A DNA stretch of 64,000 bases, from contig JACRMP010000005.1 in assembly GCA_016214885.1 (NCBI GenBank), forward strand, positions 134,725 through 198,724, in the 5' to 3' direction. This DNA is from Candidatus Gottesmanbacteria bacterium (GTDB taxonomy: Bacteria; Patescibacteriota; Microgenomatia; UBA10105; UBA927). The notes beneath the pieces are model-generated. The model was given only the letters and a program-made list of their open reading frames with translations. It ran no database searches and was not told the DNA's origin. A program made the position numbers and the translations under genes. This document shows, piece by piece, positions 26,267 through 36,173 of the stretch. Every line of letters begins with the position of its first letter. The first letter of the stretch is position 1.

Positions 26267-28190
26267 ACCATTTAATCTAACGACATTTGTAAGCGGATTT
26301 ATGAATCCGGTAAAGCCGGGTTTGTCTTCACCGCGGCAATCAGGGCAACCGCTCGTCGTTACCGACATTATTGCTCCTCCCGCAATCGAGGTGGATTTTG
26401 ATCTTCTGAAGATCGGCGACTGGTACTATAGATCGCTTTTTGTCGCCGGATATCCTCGCTTTGTATCAGCAAACTGGCTTGAGCCGCTGGTTTCTTTTAA
26501 CCACACGCTCGATATATCAATGTATATCTATCCCACCCGGAGCGAAGAAATATTAGAAAACCTGAAGCGAAAAGTGGGAGAAATGGAAGCGACCATCCAA
26601 TCGGATCTCAAACGCGGCCGCGTTATTGAGCCGTCAGTGCAGGTGGCTCTGGAAGATGCATTGGCACTGCAACAGGAGTTGGCAAAAGGATCAGAGCGGT
26701 TTTTCCAATTCGGCCTTTATGTAACAATTCCCGCAAAAACCCGTGAGGATCTGGATAAAACAACCAAATCCGTTGAGGCAACGCTCGGAAGCTTACTTAT
26801 CGTCACCAAAAAATCCATCCTCCAGATGGAAGAGGGGCTCAAAACCACGCTTCCCATGGGACGAGACAGATTACTGGTCACCCGCAACATGGACACCACG
26901 TCGCTCGCAACCACGTTTCCGTTTACGACCAGCGAACTTACTGCCAACGAAGGAATTCTCTATGGCCTTAATGAACACAATGATTCGCTTATTATCTTCG
27001 ACCGATTCACTCTCGAAAACGCAAACTCTGTCGTGTTCGGCAAATCAGGAGGCGGAAAAAGCTACATGGTCAAACTGGAGATCATGCGGAGCCTCATGTT
27101 CGATACTGAAGTTATAGTCATCGACCCTGAAAATGAATATGAGGCGCTTACCCACACACTTGGAGGGGAATATATCCGGTTCCGTTTCGGCTCCAACACA
27201 AAACTCAACCCATTTGATCTGGCCCTACTCGGCAATGACGGAGCCTCACAAAGCGAACTCAGCCAAAAAGTATTGTCGTTACACGGGTTTTTCCGTGTGG
27301 TTATGGGCAAACTTACCCCGACAGAAGACGCGTTGCTTGATAGAGCGCTCATCCTTACCTATAAGCAAAAGGGTATTACTCCCGACCCAACTACCCACAG
27401 CAAAGAGCCGCCGCTCATGGAGGATCTTTATAAAACACTGGTGGGAATGGAAGAGCTCCTTGCGAAGGGGCTTGCCGACCGTATCGAAAAATTTGTCAAA
27501 GGAAGCTTGGTGGGCATATTTGACCAGCAAACAAATATAGAAATCAGAAACCAGCTAACTGTGTTTTCCATCCGCGACCTTGAGGACGAGCTCAGACCGA
27601 TTGCCATGTATCTTATTTTGGATTACATCTGGAACAAAATACGGCACAACAAAAAACGGCGCCTGCTTATTGTTGACGAGGCCTGGTACATGATGAAATA
27701 CCCTGATTCGGCACAATTTTTATACGGTATTGCGAAACGTGCAAGAAAATACTACCTTGGCTTGACTACCATAACCCAGGACGTCGAGGATTTTATGGCA
27801 ACGGAAATGGGCAAGGCCATTATTCAAAATAGCAGCATGCAGATACTTCTCAAACAATCCTCTGCTGCCATAGATACCATTGCTCAGGTGTTTTACCTTT
27901 CGGAAGGAGAAAAGCACCTGCTTCTTGCCGCCGATGTCGGTCAGGGATTGTTTTTTGCGGGACCCGCTCATGCCGCCATGCGGGTTATTGCAAGTCCCGA
28001 AGAGCACGCGGTTGCCACCACCAAGCCACAGGAGGCGCTCAAGGCTAAACCCACCGTTCAAAACACACAACCCGTTCATCCCTCCGAAGCCATGCCCGCT
28101 CCGCAGCAAAACGCGGCGCCCACTACCCCGCCGCCCTCCAACCGGCCGATTTTCACCGTAGAAACAGTAGACACTAAGCCGACGCCGTAA
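26259..28190 (+). CDS. VirB4/TrsE/PrgJ-like T4SS ATPase
   Basis: CagE_TrbE_VirB-type N-region IEVDFDLLKIGDWYYRSLFVAGYPRFVSANWLEPL; Walker A VVFGKSGGGKSYMV; Walker B RRLLIVDEAWYMM; Pro/Ala-rich C-terminal tail. The start is trimmed to MSKPFNL. Confidence 0.75.
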   Translation: MSKPFNLTTFVSGFMNPVKPGLSSPRQSGQPLVVTDIIAPPAIEVDFDLLKIGDWYYRSLFVAGYPRFVSANWLEPLVSFNHTLDISMYIYPTRSEEILENLKRKVGEMEATIQSDLKRGRVIEPSVQVALEDALALQQELAKGSERFFQFGLYVTIPAKTREDLDKTTKSVEATLGSLLIVTKKSILQMEEGLKTTLPMGRDRLLVTRNMDTTSLATTFPFTTSELTANEGILYGLNEHNDSLIIFDRFTLENANSVVFGKSGGGKSYMVKLEIMRSLMFDTEVIVIDPENEYEALTHTLGGEYIRFRFGSNTKLNPFDLALLGNDGASQSELSQKVLSLHGFFRVVMGKLTPTEDALLDRALILTYKQKGITPDPTTHSKEPPLMEDLYKTLVGMEELLAKGLADRIEKFVKGSLVGIFDQQTNIEIRNQLTVFSIRDLEDELRPIAMYLILDYIWNKIRHNKKRRLLIVDEAWYMMKYPDSAQFLYGIAKRARKYYLGLTTITQDVEDFMATEMGKAIIQNSSMQILLKQSSAAIDTIAQVFYLSEGEKHLLLAADVGQGLFFAGPAHAAMRVIASPEEHAVATTKPQEALKAKPTVQNTQPVHPSEAMPAPQQNAAPTTPPPSNRPIFTVETVDTKPTP

Positions 28191-28194
28191 CCCT

Positions 28195-30375
28195 ATGACA
28201 GACACGCCACAGACACTGCGCGAGTTTGCCCAAAACCTGCTATCGGATTTATCAAGCGGAGCAATCACTGTTCATGAGGCGTACGCAGCGGCCAACCAAT
28301 ACGCATACCTCCGTCAGGAACTCACCGGCGCATCGCTTACCCTCAGTGAGGCGGCGGCGCTCGGTGATGAAGAGCTCGTCCAAGCATTTACCAGTATCCT
28401 CTCTGAAACGGTAAAAAAGCTGTCAGAGTTACCGAACTTTCAAACACAACAACCAGACGCAGTTGAAACGGAGAAAAACATCCGGGACGTGGCGGCTTTA
28501 CAAAAAACAGCCACAACCCGCATACGGGAGTCAGAAAAAAATAAACCGGATAAAAATAAGCGAAGAGCGTTTGTTCATTCGTTGGTTGACCGCTTCAGCT
28601 CTACCATACCCGCGCTCACCGAGCGTCAGATTGACCGCCTGATAGAAAAGTCCTCGGTAACGGCCGCGCGGGCAACGCCTACCGATCAACAGTCGCGGTT
28701 TACCCAACAGCTCGCTGATTCTATAGAAAGCCTTGCCGGTGATATACCCGATGACCAAAAAAGAAATATAGATACGGTTATCCGAGCCGCCGTTGCAGAA
28801 CAGAAAGACGTTGTTAACACACAGATCGCCGGCGCCAGACGGGAACTGGCCGTATATGCTGCGCTTTTCGGCGTCACTGAACTCAAGCGACCGGATGTGT
28901 TTGCCGACGTTATACTTAACGCCCCGCAATCAGAACAGTTGGATGTGTCATTAACCCGCGCAGAAAAACTTGCCCGCGTTGCACAGGCTCTGGAAGAATC
29001 CAGCAATTCCCGTGGTGGCAAACTGCAATTTTTCTCGGCTAACGGAGCTAAGGGAGTTGCCGGCGGATTGCAAAAAGGCGCTGATGGCATCCTTTCACTT
29101 ATCGGGGAGCCGGCTCGGGAAATGCTTCTCCATGAAAAAGTAAACGGAACGCTCCGGAATATGCTTACCAGCACTCAACAGTTTGCAGACCGGCTAGGCG
29201 AATCGTTTGTTCATTCTGCGGTGTTTACCCACATTACCCAGGACCTCACCAAGCAACTTGCCCAAAAACCACAGGGCGGTCAGGCGCGGTCTGTTTTTGA
29301 TGACGTATTTTCCTCAGTATTCAGGGGGCCTCTCGCCGCCCCGCTTACCCGCAGCACAAAAAGCGGTATTCTGGATTTTTATGAGCTTGCCCGCGCCAAT
29401 GCAGCAGCCCCGTTAGGAAAAAAGTTTCTCGCTCCCGGCGTACTCCCGTGGGATATTTTCCGCGCGTTTGAACCGGGGGGCATGACTTCCTCTGGAAGCT
29501 ATAAAGGGCCTTCTGCGCGTAAACCATTTCTATCGCTTCTCGGCTTCGGATCGTTTGGGAATTTTTTGGGGGATATGGTAAGCGGGCTCATCGACAAAAC
29601 AACGTCGATGGCGCTCCTTAATCCCAGGCTCCCCGGACAACTTTCTGCCTCCAGAAGAGCGGCCGGCATACCCACCCCCCTTGTCGATGATATGCCCCTC
29701 TTAACGGCCCTTGTTGTTGTAGTAGTACTAGTCCTTCTCTTTCTCCTCCCCTCGCCGCTTAACCTCAATACAATCAACCACAGCTCAAAGGCAAGCGCTC
29801 TTCTGGCTGCTCTTTCAGATGGTCTCCAGACAATAATAAACCCGATCGCCGAAATTATCTGTGTCGGCGAGTGCAAGTGGCCGACATCAGGAACAATAAC
29901 TCAGGGTCCGAACACAAGCTCTTCACATAAAGGTACGATTAAGGAAAGCATAGATATTGGAACTTCGTGCGGCACACCCGTAGTTTCCACGCTTCAGGCC
30001 GGCGCGGTGGTGACGGGGGTATTCAACGAATGTCTCGACGATACCGGATATATCGGGAATAAATGCGGTGGCGGCTGGGGAAATTACGTTGATATTAAAG
30101 GGACAATTAATACGGGCACAGGAAAAGCAACTGCCGTAACGGTGCGGCTTTCACACCTTATGAAAAACAGCATGCCTCCCTCAGGAACAGTTTTACAACA
30201 GGGACAAAAAGTTGGCCAGGTTGATGACAACGGAAACTCCTCTGATTGCCATCTCCACTACGAGGTTAGGAGCGGGGGTCCTATAAACAACGTTCTTCCC
30301 TACCCGGTTCCTTCCTGTACAAGCTCGGCGGCGTGTTGTTCGCAAATGGGTGTAAAATGTAATGTAACTCCATGA
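28195..30375 (+). CDS. membrane-anchored M23 (LytM) peptidase, T4SS-associated peptidoglycan hydrolase (PrgK/VirB1 analog)
   Basis: Long helical N-terminal region, a TM helix LLTALVVVVVLVLLFLLPSPL, then the M23 signature GWGNYVDIKG...VRLSHLMKN...GQKVGQVDDNGNSSDCHLHYEVRSGG. Confidence 0.65.
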   Translation: MTDTPQTLREFAQNLLSDLSSGAITVHEAYAAANQYAYLRQELTGASLTLSEAAALGDEELVQAFTSILSETVKKLSELPNFQTQQPDAVETEKNIRDVAALQKTATTRIRESEKNKPDKNKRRAFVHSLVDRFSSTIPALTERQIDRLIEKSSVTAARATPTDQQSRFTQQLADSIESLAGDIPDDQKRNIDTVIRAAVAEQKDVVNTQIAGARRELAVYAALFGVTELKRPDVFADVILNAPQSEQLDVSLTRAEKLARVAQALEESSNSRGGKLQFFSANGAKGVAGGLQKGADGILSLIGEPAREMLLHEKVNGTLRNMLTSTQQFADRLGESFVHSAVFTHITQDLTKQLAQKPQGGQARSVFDDVFSSVFRGPLAAPLTRSTKSGILDFYELARANAAAPLGKKFLAPGVLPWDIFRAFEPGGMTSSGSYKGPSARKPFLSLLGFGSFGNFLGDMVSGLIDKTTSMALLNPRLPGQLSASRRAAGIPTPLVDDMPLLTALVVVVVLVLLFLLPSPLNLNTINHSSKASALLAALSDGLQTIINPIAEIICVGECKWPTSGTITQGPNTSSSHKGTIKESIDIGTSCGTPVVSTLQAGAVVTGVFNECLDDTGYIGNKCGGGWGNYVDIKGTINTGTGKATAVTVRLSHLMKNSMPPSGTVLQQGQKVGQVDDNGNSSDCHLHYEVRSGGPINNVLPYPVPSCTSSAACCSQMGVKCNVTP

Positions 30376-31340
30376 AAAAAACCCGCGTCATCTTTCTTGC
30401 TTTGTTCATTATATTACTCGTGTCAGCGTGGCTTTTTCTTCCCAAAAAACCCCCGCAGGAAACAACCCCCCCACCAAAACCCACGCTTGTTGGTGATCCG
30501 CCTATTATGGAGTTTGTTCCGGGCGCACCGAAAAATGTCCGCTTTTCTATTGAAAGCGGCGCTACTGTCCGCCTTCCTTCTTTACACCAAACATACGCCG
30601 TCGTACCTCTGGATCCTGAGCCGCTTGCGTATTCGTTTGCGGCGAGAACGGGGTTTACTAACCCCGCCTCTGTTTCCCACGACTCAACAAAAAAAACGGT
30701 TTGGAAATCGGCCACAGGATCCTTGTCATTTACAACAAACGGTCGTATTGGCGCCATCAGTTTTCGAAACGACACGGGCTACCAGGTGACACAAGGATCT
30801 CAGCAACAAGCCGCGGAAGAATATCTCCGGCTTTTGCTGGGAGCAGAAGCAAAAAACTACTCCCTATTTTCACAACAAATCCTTTCCGAATCATCAACAG
30901 AGGGGGGGTCGGCGATTAAAGCAGGTGCTGTAATGTTCCTTTTTTCGTATTCTGTAGGCGGGGTGCCGGTGCTCGTTGCTAATTTTGATCCTGTTTCTGC
31001 TTCGGTTATAGTGGGGAGCGACGGGAAAATATTATATTCTTCAACAACATTCCCCCCAGGGACGCTTTCGCTGCGTTCTAACCAGGCCTCTGTTTCAATT
31101 GAAAATATTGTTGCCAGTCTCAACGCCAACAAGGGAGTGTTGCTATCATCTTATGATGACGCAAGCGACGAGTATGGGGAGGAGCCGGTGTTTTCTGCGG
31201 TAAACATTTCCCGTTCTACAGGAGTTTTATATTATGACTCGGAGGCTTCTTTGCTAATTCCGGGGTTGTTAATCGACGGCACGGGAACATCAGCAACCAA
31301 AAATCAGGTGGTACAGTATTTTATCAGGGCGACCGAATAA
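30372..31340 (+). CDS. N-terminally anchored extracytoplasmic protein (possible VirB8/TcpC-like T4SS component)
   Basis: MKKTRVIFLALFIILLVSAWLFL is a signal anchor, followed by a Pro-rich linker PPQETTPPPKPT and a soluble domain. It is the last gene of the VirB4 operon. The family assignment rests on position and topology only. Confidence 0.4.
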   Translation: MKKTRVIFLALFIILLVSAWLFLPKKPPQETTPPPKPTLVGDPPIMEFVPGAPKNVRFSIESGATVRLPSLHQTYAVVPLDPEPLAYSFAARTGFTNPASVSHDSTKKTVWKSATGSLSFTTNGRIGAISFRNDTGYQVTQGSQQQAAEEYLRLLLGAEAKNYSLFSQQILSESSTEGGSAIKAGAVMFLFSYSVGGVPVLVANFDPVSASVIVGSDGKILYSSTTFPPGTLSLRSNQASVSIENIVASLNANKGVLLSSYDDASDEYGEEPVFSAVNISRSTGVLYYDSEASLLIPGLLIDGTGTSATKNQVVQYFIRATE

Positions 31341-32453
31341 CTATTCGCTTCCACTTACCCGCACCGGCATAATTATATGAAGCGCGTCGTCGTCTTTCAC
31401 GGGACGAAACACGCCGGAATTTAAAGACCCCGTCATTTCAAAAAGGAATTCCTCATCGGGAAAACTAGAAAGAAAATCCAACAAAAAGCGGCTGTTAAAG
31501 GCTATTTCGCCGCCATCGCCGTCAATTTTCGCCCCTAACTCTATGGCGTTTTTCCCTGTTTGAGCGGCGTTTGCAGATACAACAACACGCTGCTTGTCCA
31601 GATTAAGGCGGATAATATTTGCGTTGTCCCGAGCAAAGATTGCTGCAGAACGGACAGCCTGCAAAAACGGCTCTTTTTCGATAAGTGCTCTTGTGGTAAA
31701 TGTTTTTGGAATAATTCTCTCAAAGCTTGGATATTCCCCATCAATAAGCCTCGTTAAAAGGGTTGTGTCCCCCACCACAAACCCCGCTTGATGTTCCCCT
31801 GCCAGCCCCACTTTAATTTCCTTTTCTTCTTTGTCCTCGTTGCTTAATTTAACAACCTCTATAAGTGCTTTAGCAGGAATAATCACTCCGGAAAGACTTT
31901 TGACAGGAAGCACAACTCTCCTAAGTGACAACCTATACCCATCAGTTGCCACAAATAGGGTCTTTTCCCCCTCTTCTACAACCCTTACTCCTGTCAGCAC
32001 GGGCCGGCCTTCGTCAGTTGCTGCTGCAAATAACACGCCAGAAAGAGTTGAACAAAACTTCTCTTTGTCTATTTTTGCCACATCCTTTGATAACAGCTCG
32101 GGTTTTGGAGGAAACTCCGCTGCTCCGACGGTAGGCAGCTCTGCAGTAAATTTCCCGCAAGAAACATGAAGCGCTTCTTCTTTTATTATCAGGTGAACCG
32201 TCTCAGGAGGAAGAGAGGCAACGAGCTCAGTAAGCACCCTGGCAGAAACGCAGACTTCTCCCGATTTTTCCACTTTGCTCCCCACCCAAATAGTTTCGGT
32301 GGTCTCCATGTTTGTTGCCGTTATCTCAAGCCCCTCCTCTGAAGCAACCAGCTTTAGGTTCTGAAGGATTGGTAGTTGTGGGCGTGTGGGAACAACGCGG
32401 GTAATTCTTGTTAACGATTTAAGAAGGTTTTCTTGAAGGACATGTATATTCAT
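31341..32453 (-). CDS. dnaN: DNA polymerase III beta sliding clamp
   Basis: MNIHVLQENLLKSLTRITRVVPTRPQLPILQNLKL, three-domain length (370 aa), immediately downstream of dnaA. Confidence 0.9.
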   Translation of the reverse strand: MNIHVLQENLLKSLTRITRVVPTRPQLPILQNLKLVASEEGLEITATNMETTETIWVGSKVEKSGEVCVSARVLTELVASLPPETVHLIIKEEALHVSCGKFTAELPTVGAAEFPPKPELLSKDVAKIDKEKFCSTLSGVLFAAATDEGRPVLTGVRVVEEGEKTLFVATDGYRLSLRRVVLPVKSLSGVIIPAKALIEVVKLSNEDKEEKEIKVGLAGEHQAGFVVGDTTLLTRLIDGEYPSFERIIPKTFTTRALIEKEPFLQAVRSAAIFARDNANIIRLNLDKQRVVVSANAAQTGKNAIELGAKIDGDGGEIAFNSRFLLDFLSSFPDEEFLFEMTGSLNSGVFRPVKDDDALHIIMPVRVSGSE

Positions 32454-32635
32454 ATTAATCTAACCAGTAATAGTAATAGAAGTAACGCGTGGAAAAGTGT
32501 ATGAGTTTTTAGTTTGTGTGTCAACTGCGGGAAAAACCGGGCTTTTTCCTTGTGGAAAAGGCGGAAGAAAAAGCGCAGTAAAACGGGGATATCCTTGTGG
32601 ATAAGAACGGCCTCTTTGTGGATAAGTGGAAAAGC
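32454..32635. other. oriC candidate: DnaA-box cluster in the dnaA-dnaN intergenic region
   Basis: Perfect TGTGGATAA boxes at 32596..32604 and 32617..32625. Near-consensus TGTGGAAAA at 32551..32559 and CGTGGAAAA at 32488..32496. The flanking sequence at 32454..32485 is AT-rich. Confidence 0.6.
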
Positions 32636-34003
32636 TCATGAGGAGGTGGCCCATAATTTTTGTTTTATCCCCGCAACCGCCGCCCGAAGGGGCTCGTTTG
32701 TGGACAGTTCCTGGGTTATTGTTTCGACCCCATGCATTATCGTAGTGTGATCTCTTCCTCCGAGGCTGCCGCCAATGTCGTCGTACGTAAGGCCAAGCTC
32801 TGTTTTTGCCAAATACATATACACCTGGCGGGGTCTGGCAATAGGCCTGTCTCTTTTGGTGCCCTTAAGCACTGTTGTCTTTATCTCAAAATATGCAGAA
32901 ACGGCATCGAGAAGCTCTTGTGATGAAACCCGTTTTGTGGGCTTGGTTTGAAGGTTGACCAAAGATTTTGTGTTAAGAAGCGAAGAAACAAGGTCGGGGC
33001 TTACCGGCTGTGGGCGGGCAGAAAGTTCTGTGGCGAGTCTCCGGAGGAACCCCTCTATTGCTCTTGTGTCGACGACGTTTGCGGCAATGAGCTGCGCCGC
33101 GTCGCTTGGGACATTTATCCCCAGCGCTTTTGATTTAATATTAACAATAGCCGCCCGGAGCTCAAAGTCCGGGGGAGAAATATCTACAATGAGCCCGCCC
33201 TCAAACCTGCTTCGAAGCCTGTCTTCTAGTCTGGATATTTCGTGAGGGGGTCGGTCTGATGTGAGAAGTACTTGTCCTCCCTCTCTTAATACCGCGTTGA
33301 ACGTGTGAAAAAACTCTTCCTGTGCGGTTTGTTTGCCCGCAATAAACTGTACGTCGTCAACCATGAGAAGTTGGGCGCCGCGGTATTTTTGTTTAAACTG
33401 TCTGGCTGTTTTTGACTGAATTGCCTCGATGATCTCGTTAAGGAATTCTTCGCCCATACAATACACCACCTTTAAAGTAGGTCTAACCATGAGAATGCTA
33501 TTGGCTATCGCGTACATGAGGTGCGTTTTTCCCACCCCCACCCCGCCATAAAGGAACAACGGGTTATATGCTCCCCCCAAGGTTTTTGCTACGGCGGTGG
33601 CGGCGGCGTAGGCTAGCTGATTGGTGGTAGAGACGGCATAATTATCAAAAGTAAGTTCCGGGTTAATATGAAGGCGCTTGGCCTGCATAAGCGCGCTTGT
33701 TTCTGCCTCGACAGGCTGCATAAATAAAGGCCCCGCGTCTGCCCCCTCCTGCTCTTTCTTAGGGAGAACAGTGAACACAAGGCTGGTGTTGCCGTTTGTT
33801 TTATGATCAAGCGTGCTCTTAATAAGACTGTAATACCGTGTTTCCGCGAGCGTTCTCATAATTGGGCTAGGAAAGCCAATTGATGCCACGTCTCCGTTTA
33901 GCGCAACGAGCTCTGAGTGTGCAAAGTGGGTGTGATAAGTAGCCTTCGAGACAGAAAGCTCAATTTCCGCTAATACTGATTTCCAAAGGCGAGTGAGATC
34001 CAT
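32636..34003 (-). CDS. dnaA: chromosomal replication initiator protein DnaA
   Basis: Walker A LFLYGGVGVGKTHLMYAIAN; box VII-VIII LLMVDDVQFIAGKQTAQEEFFHTFN; C-terminal DNA-binding helix RPIARPRQVYMYLAK. The start is trimmed to MDLTRLWKSVL. Confidence 0.9.
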   Translation of the reverse strand: MDLTRLWKSVLAEIELSVSKATYHTHFAHSELVALNGDVASIGFPSPIMRTLAETRYYSLIKSTLDHKTNGNTSLVFTVLPKKEQEGADAGPLFMQPVEAETSALMQAKRLHINPELTFDNYAVSTTNQLAYAAATAVAKTLGGAYNPLFLYGGVGVGKTHLMYAIANSILMVRPTLKVVYCMGEEFLNEIIEAIQSKTARQFKQKYRGAQLLMVDDVQFIAGKQTAQEEFFHTFNAVLREGGQVLLTSDRPPHEISRLEDRLRSRFEGGLIVDISPPDFELRAAIVNIKSKALGINVPSDAAQLIAANVVDTRAIEGFLRRLATELSARPQPVSPDLVSSLLNTKSLVNLQTKPTKRVSSQELLDAVSAYFEIKTTVLKGTKRDRPIARPRQVYMYLAKTELGLTYDDIGGSLGGRDHTTIMHGVETITQELSTNEPLRAAVAGIKQKLWATSS

Positions 34004-34084
34004 ATATGAGGGCAAGGAGCAACTCTCCCCGAATCGCTGTTGCTGTTTTTTCCGGCAAGACCCCGGAAGCAAACAAAATTAGTT

Positions 34085-34103
34085 TGGGGATAAGTTGTCC
34101 ACA
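34085..34103. other. second DnaA-box pair upstream of dnaA
   Basis: TGGGGATAA at 34085..34093 and TTGTCCACA at 34095..34103, each one mismatch from the consensus, in opposite orientation, in the 121-nt gap between dnaA and the divergent gene at 34125. Confidence 0.4.
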
Positions 34104-34124
34104 TAGTAAATGCGGGGCAAATAA

Positions 34125-36173
34125 ATGTCAAGCGGAACGATGGGGCCGCCGTGCTATAGTAAAAGCGTGACCCACATACACCTTTTCTGGACCACATCGT
34201 TAAGCGCGGTGCTGTTCGCCGCCATTTTATTGGGAGATGCCCGCCAGTCAGTGGTTGATGTTTTTATGGCCGGCACGGTTATTGCGGGGTTTTTTGCTCT
34301 ATGGAAAACCGCCTCATTCCGCAGGATGCCAAAAGAGGCTGTGATGTTGTGGGGGGCCGTTATTGTTATGGCAACGCCGTTTTTTTGGCCCAATAACATA
34401 GGAGGGGCAATACAGGGGTATATCAGGTACCTTTTGGGATTCATGGTGTTTGGTTTGTTGTACTCGGTGGCAACAAGAGGTGCTTCATGGTTATTAGAGA
34501 GGGTTTTGTTGGTTGTTGGGGTTGCCGTATCTATATTTACCGTGTTATTTTTGTTTATCCCCCACCCGCCATGGCTTCCCCTTATGAATCTTCTTTATCC
34601 ATCATATGGGCACAATCACGCCGCGGATATTCTCCTGTTTGTGCTCCCGCTGGTTCTTTACACCAAAGAACTGAATGGTCGGGTGCGGACCGCTCTTTGG
34701 ATTGTAGTGCTTTGCGGTTTGGTTTTTTCATTTGCGCGAGGCGCGTGGGTTTTAGCGGCACTTTTTGGTGTGTGGGCGTTTTTGTTTTCCGGTATAAGGA
34801 GGCAAAGAAAAATTTTATTATCCGGTGTCGTTTTTGTGCTCGCCCTTGTATTCGTTGGCGCTTCTGCGACAAACAACTGGACGCGAAACGTACGCGGAAA
34901 GCTTGTAGATTCCCCCGCGATCCACAGGGTGATTAATAAGGGAAGTCCTTTAAGTGACCCGAGGCTTGAATATTGGACGCAGGCACTTAAGATGATTCGT
35001 GAACGCCCTTTGTTTGGAAGCGGGCCGGGCAGTTTTTATTATGGCTCTCGTCGGCTGCAATCACAGCCATCCTTATACTCATGGTTTGCCCATTCTTTTG
35101 TTTTACAGACCCTCGCTGAACAAGGAATTATCGGGGCGCTTCCTGTGCTTGTTTTGTTTGGGTTGGTTCTGTGGCGCGCTGTTTGCGTCATCCTGCGTCA
35201 CCCGCCGGAACACAGTCCGTTGGGGCGCCTGAGTGTCGGTCTTTTGCTGGTTGCCGCCTATTCATTTATTGAGTTTAATTTAAGTTTTGCTGTTGTGTGG
35301 GCGCTGTTTTGGGCCGTAGCGGGTTTGATTTTCGGCGCGGAAAAAATTTATGAAGAACACAAAACCAACAACGGCCGGCAATTATTAGCCGCCCTCCTAT
35401 TGCTCCTGGTGTTTTATGTGTTGTTTATCGGACAAAGTGCGGCGCTGGTGATGTTTCCGAAGCGCGCCGACATTGCTTTTTATCTGACGCCATTTGACGC
35501 AGTAACCGCGCGGTATTATCTCACCTCCGGTGTTGTAACCCCTCGTGGCATTACGATGGTTGAGTCACTTCATGGGGCAGACCCCGAAACGTTACAGGTT
35601 GTTGCTGATGCGTGGAGGAAGTCCGGGTTTATGGGTAAATCTCTTTATACAAGAGGACAGATCCTTATTGCGGACCCACTTAATGAAGACAACCACAAAG
35701 AATATTTGAGTCAACTTGTTGAGTCGGCGCGGTACGATGAAGCGGCGGCCTGGTTTAGCCGTTACCCTTCTTTATTTTTCCCCGCCGCCGTTGGTGGGCG
35801 CGCAGTTAATGTTCCGGCTTTATATATAAAGGATTATCCACAGGAATATCAAAAACTATTTGAAAGTAAGTATTCACATGAGGTGCGGTATTCCCGCTTT
35901 TATTACAACCTCGGTCTGTGGTATCTTTCGACCGAGCCTGAAAAAACACGCGATCTGTGGGAGCTGGCGTCGCTGCTGCAGCCAAAACTAAGCTTTCTAT
36001 GGTTGGAAAGATTTTTTTTGGAGAAGCAGGTTTTTACCGATGAGATTGCTGCAAAAAAAATTATTGAAGAGTGTCTGAATAATCCGTCGGCTGCGAAGCA
36101 CTGCGGCGGGGTGAGCATCGAGAACCAGGTATATTTACCGGGCCACTACAAAACAGAAATTAATGAAAAATAG
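34125..36173 (+). CDS. O-antigen-ligase-like (Wzy_C) polytopic membrane protein with extended C-terminal soluble domain
   Basis: At least ten TM helices. VFSFARGAWVLAALFGVWAF and IRERPLFGSGPGSFYY are typical of the WaaL/Wzy_C family. A roughly 250-aa helical C-terminal domain follows. Confidence 0.55.
   Translation: MSSGTMGPPCYSKSVTHIHLFWTTSLSAVLFAAILLGDARQSVVDVFMAGTVIAGFFALWKTASFRRMPKEAVMLWGAVIVMATPFFWPNNIGGAIQGYIRYLLGFMVFGLLYSVATRGASWLLERVLLVVGVAVSIFTVLFLFIPHPPWLPLMNLLYPSYGHNHAADILLFVLPLVLYTKELNGRVRTALWIVVLCGLVFSFARGAWVLAALFGVWAFLFSGIRRQRKILLSGVVFVLALVFVGASATNNWTRNVRGKLVDSPAIHRVINKGSPLSDPRLEYWTQALKMIRERPLFGSGPGSFYYGSRRLQSQPSLYSWFAHSFVLQTLAEQGIIGALPVLVLFGLVLWRAVCVILRHPPEHSPLGRLSVGLLLVAAYSFIEFNLSFAVVWALFWAVAGLIFGAEKIYEEHKTNNGRQLLAALLLLLVFYVLFIGQSAALVMFPKRADIAFYLTPFDAVTARYYLTSGVVTPRGITMVESLHGADPETLQVVADAWRKSGFMGKSLYTRGQILIADPLNEDNHKEYLSQLVESARYDEAAAWFSRYPSLFFPAAVGGRAVNVPALYIKDYPQEYQKLFESKYSHEVRYSRFYYNLGLWYLSTEPEKTRDLWELASLLQPKLSFLWLERFFLEKQVFTDEIAAKKIIEECLNNPSAAKHCGGVSIENQVYLPGHYKTEINEK

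Noticed and set aside
26743-28268. ORFs overlapping the VirB4 gene on either strand (26743..27117 plus, 27133..27540 plus, 27720..28268 minus)
   Set aside because: They are out of frame with, or antisense to, the VirB4 ORF, which has textbook Walker motifs.
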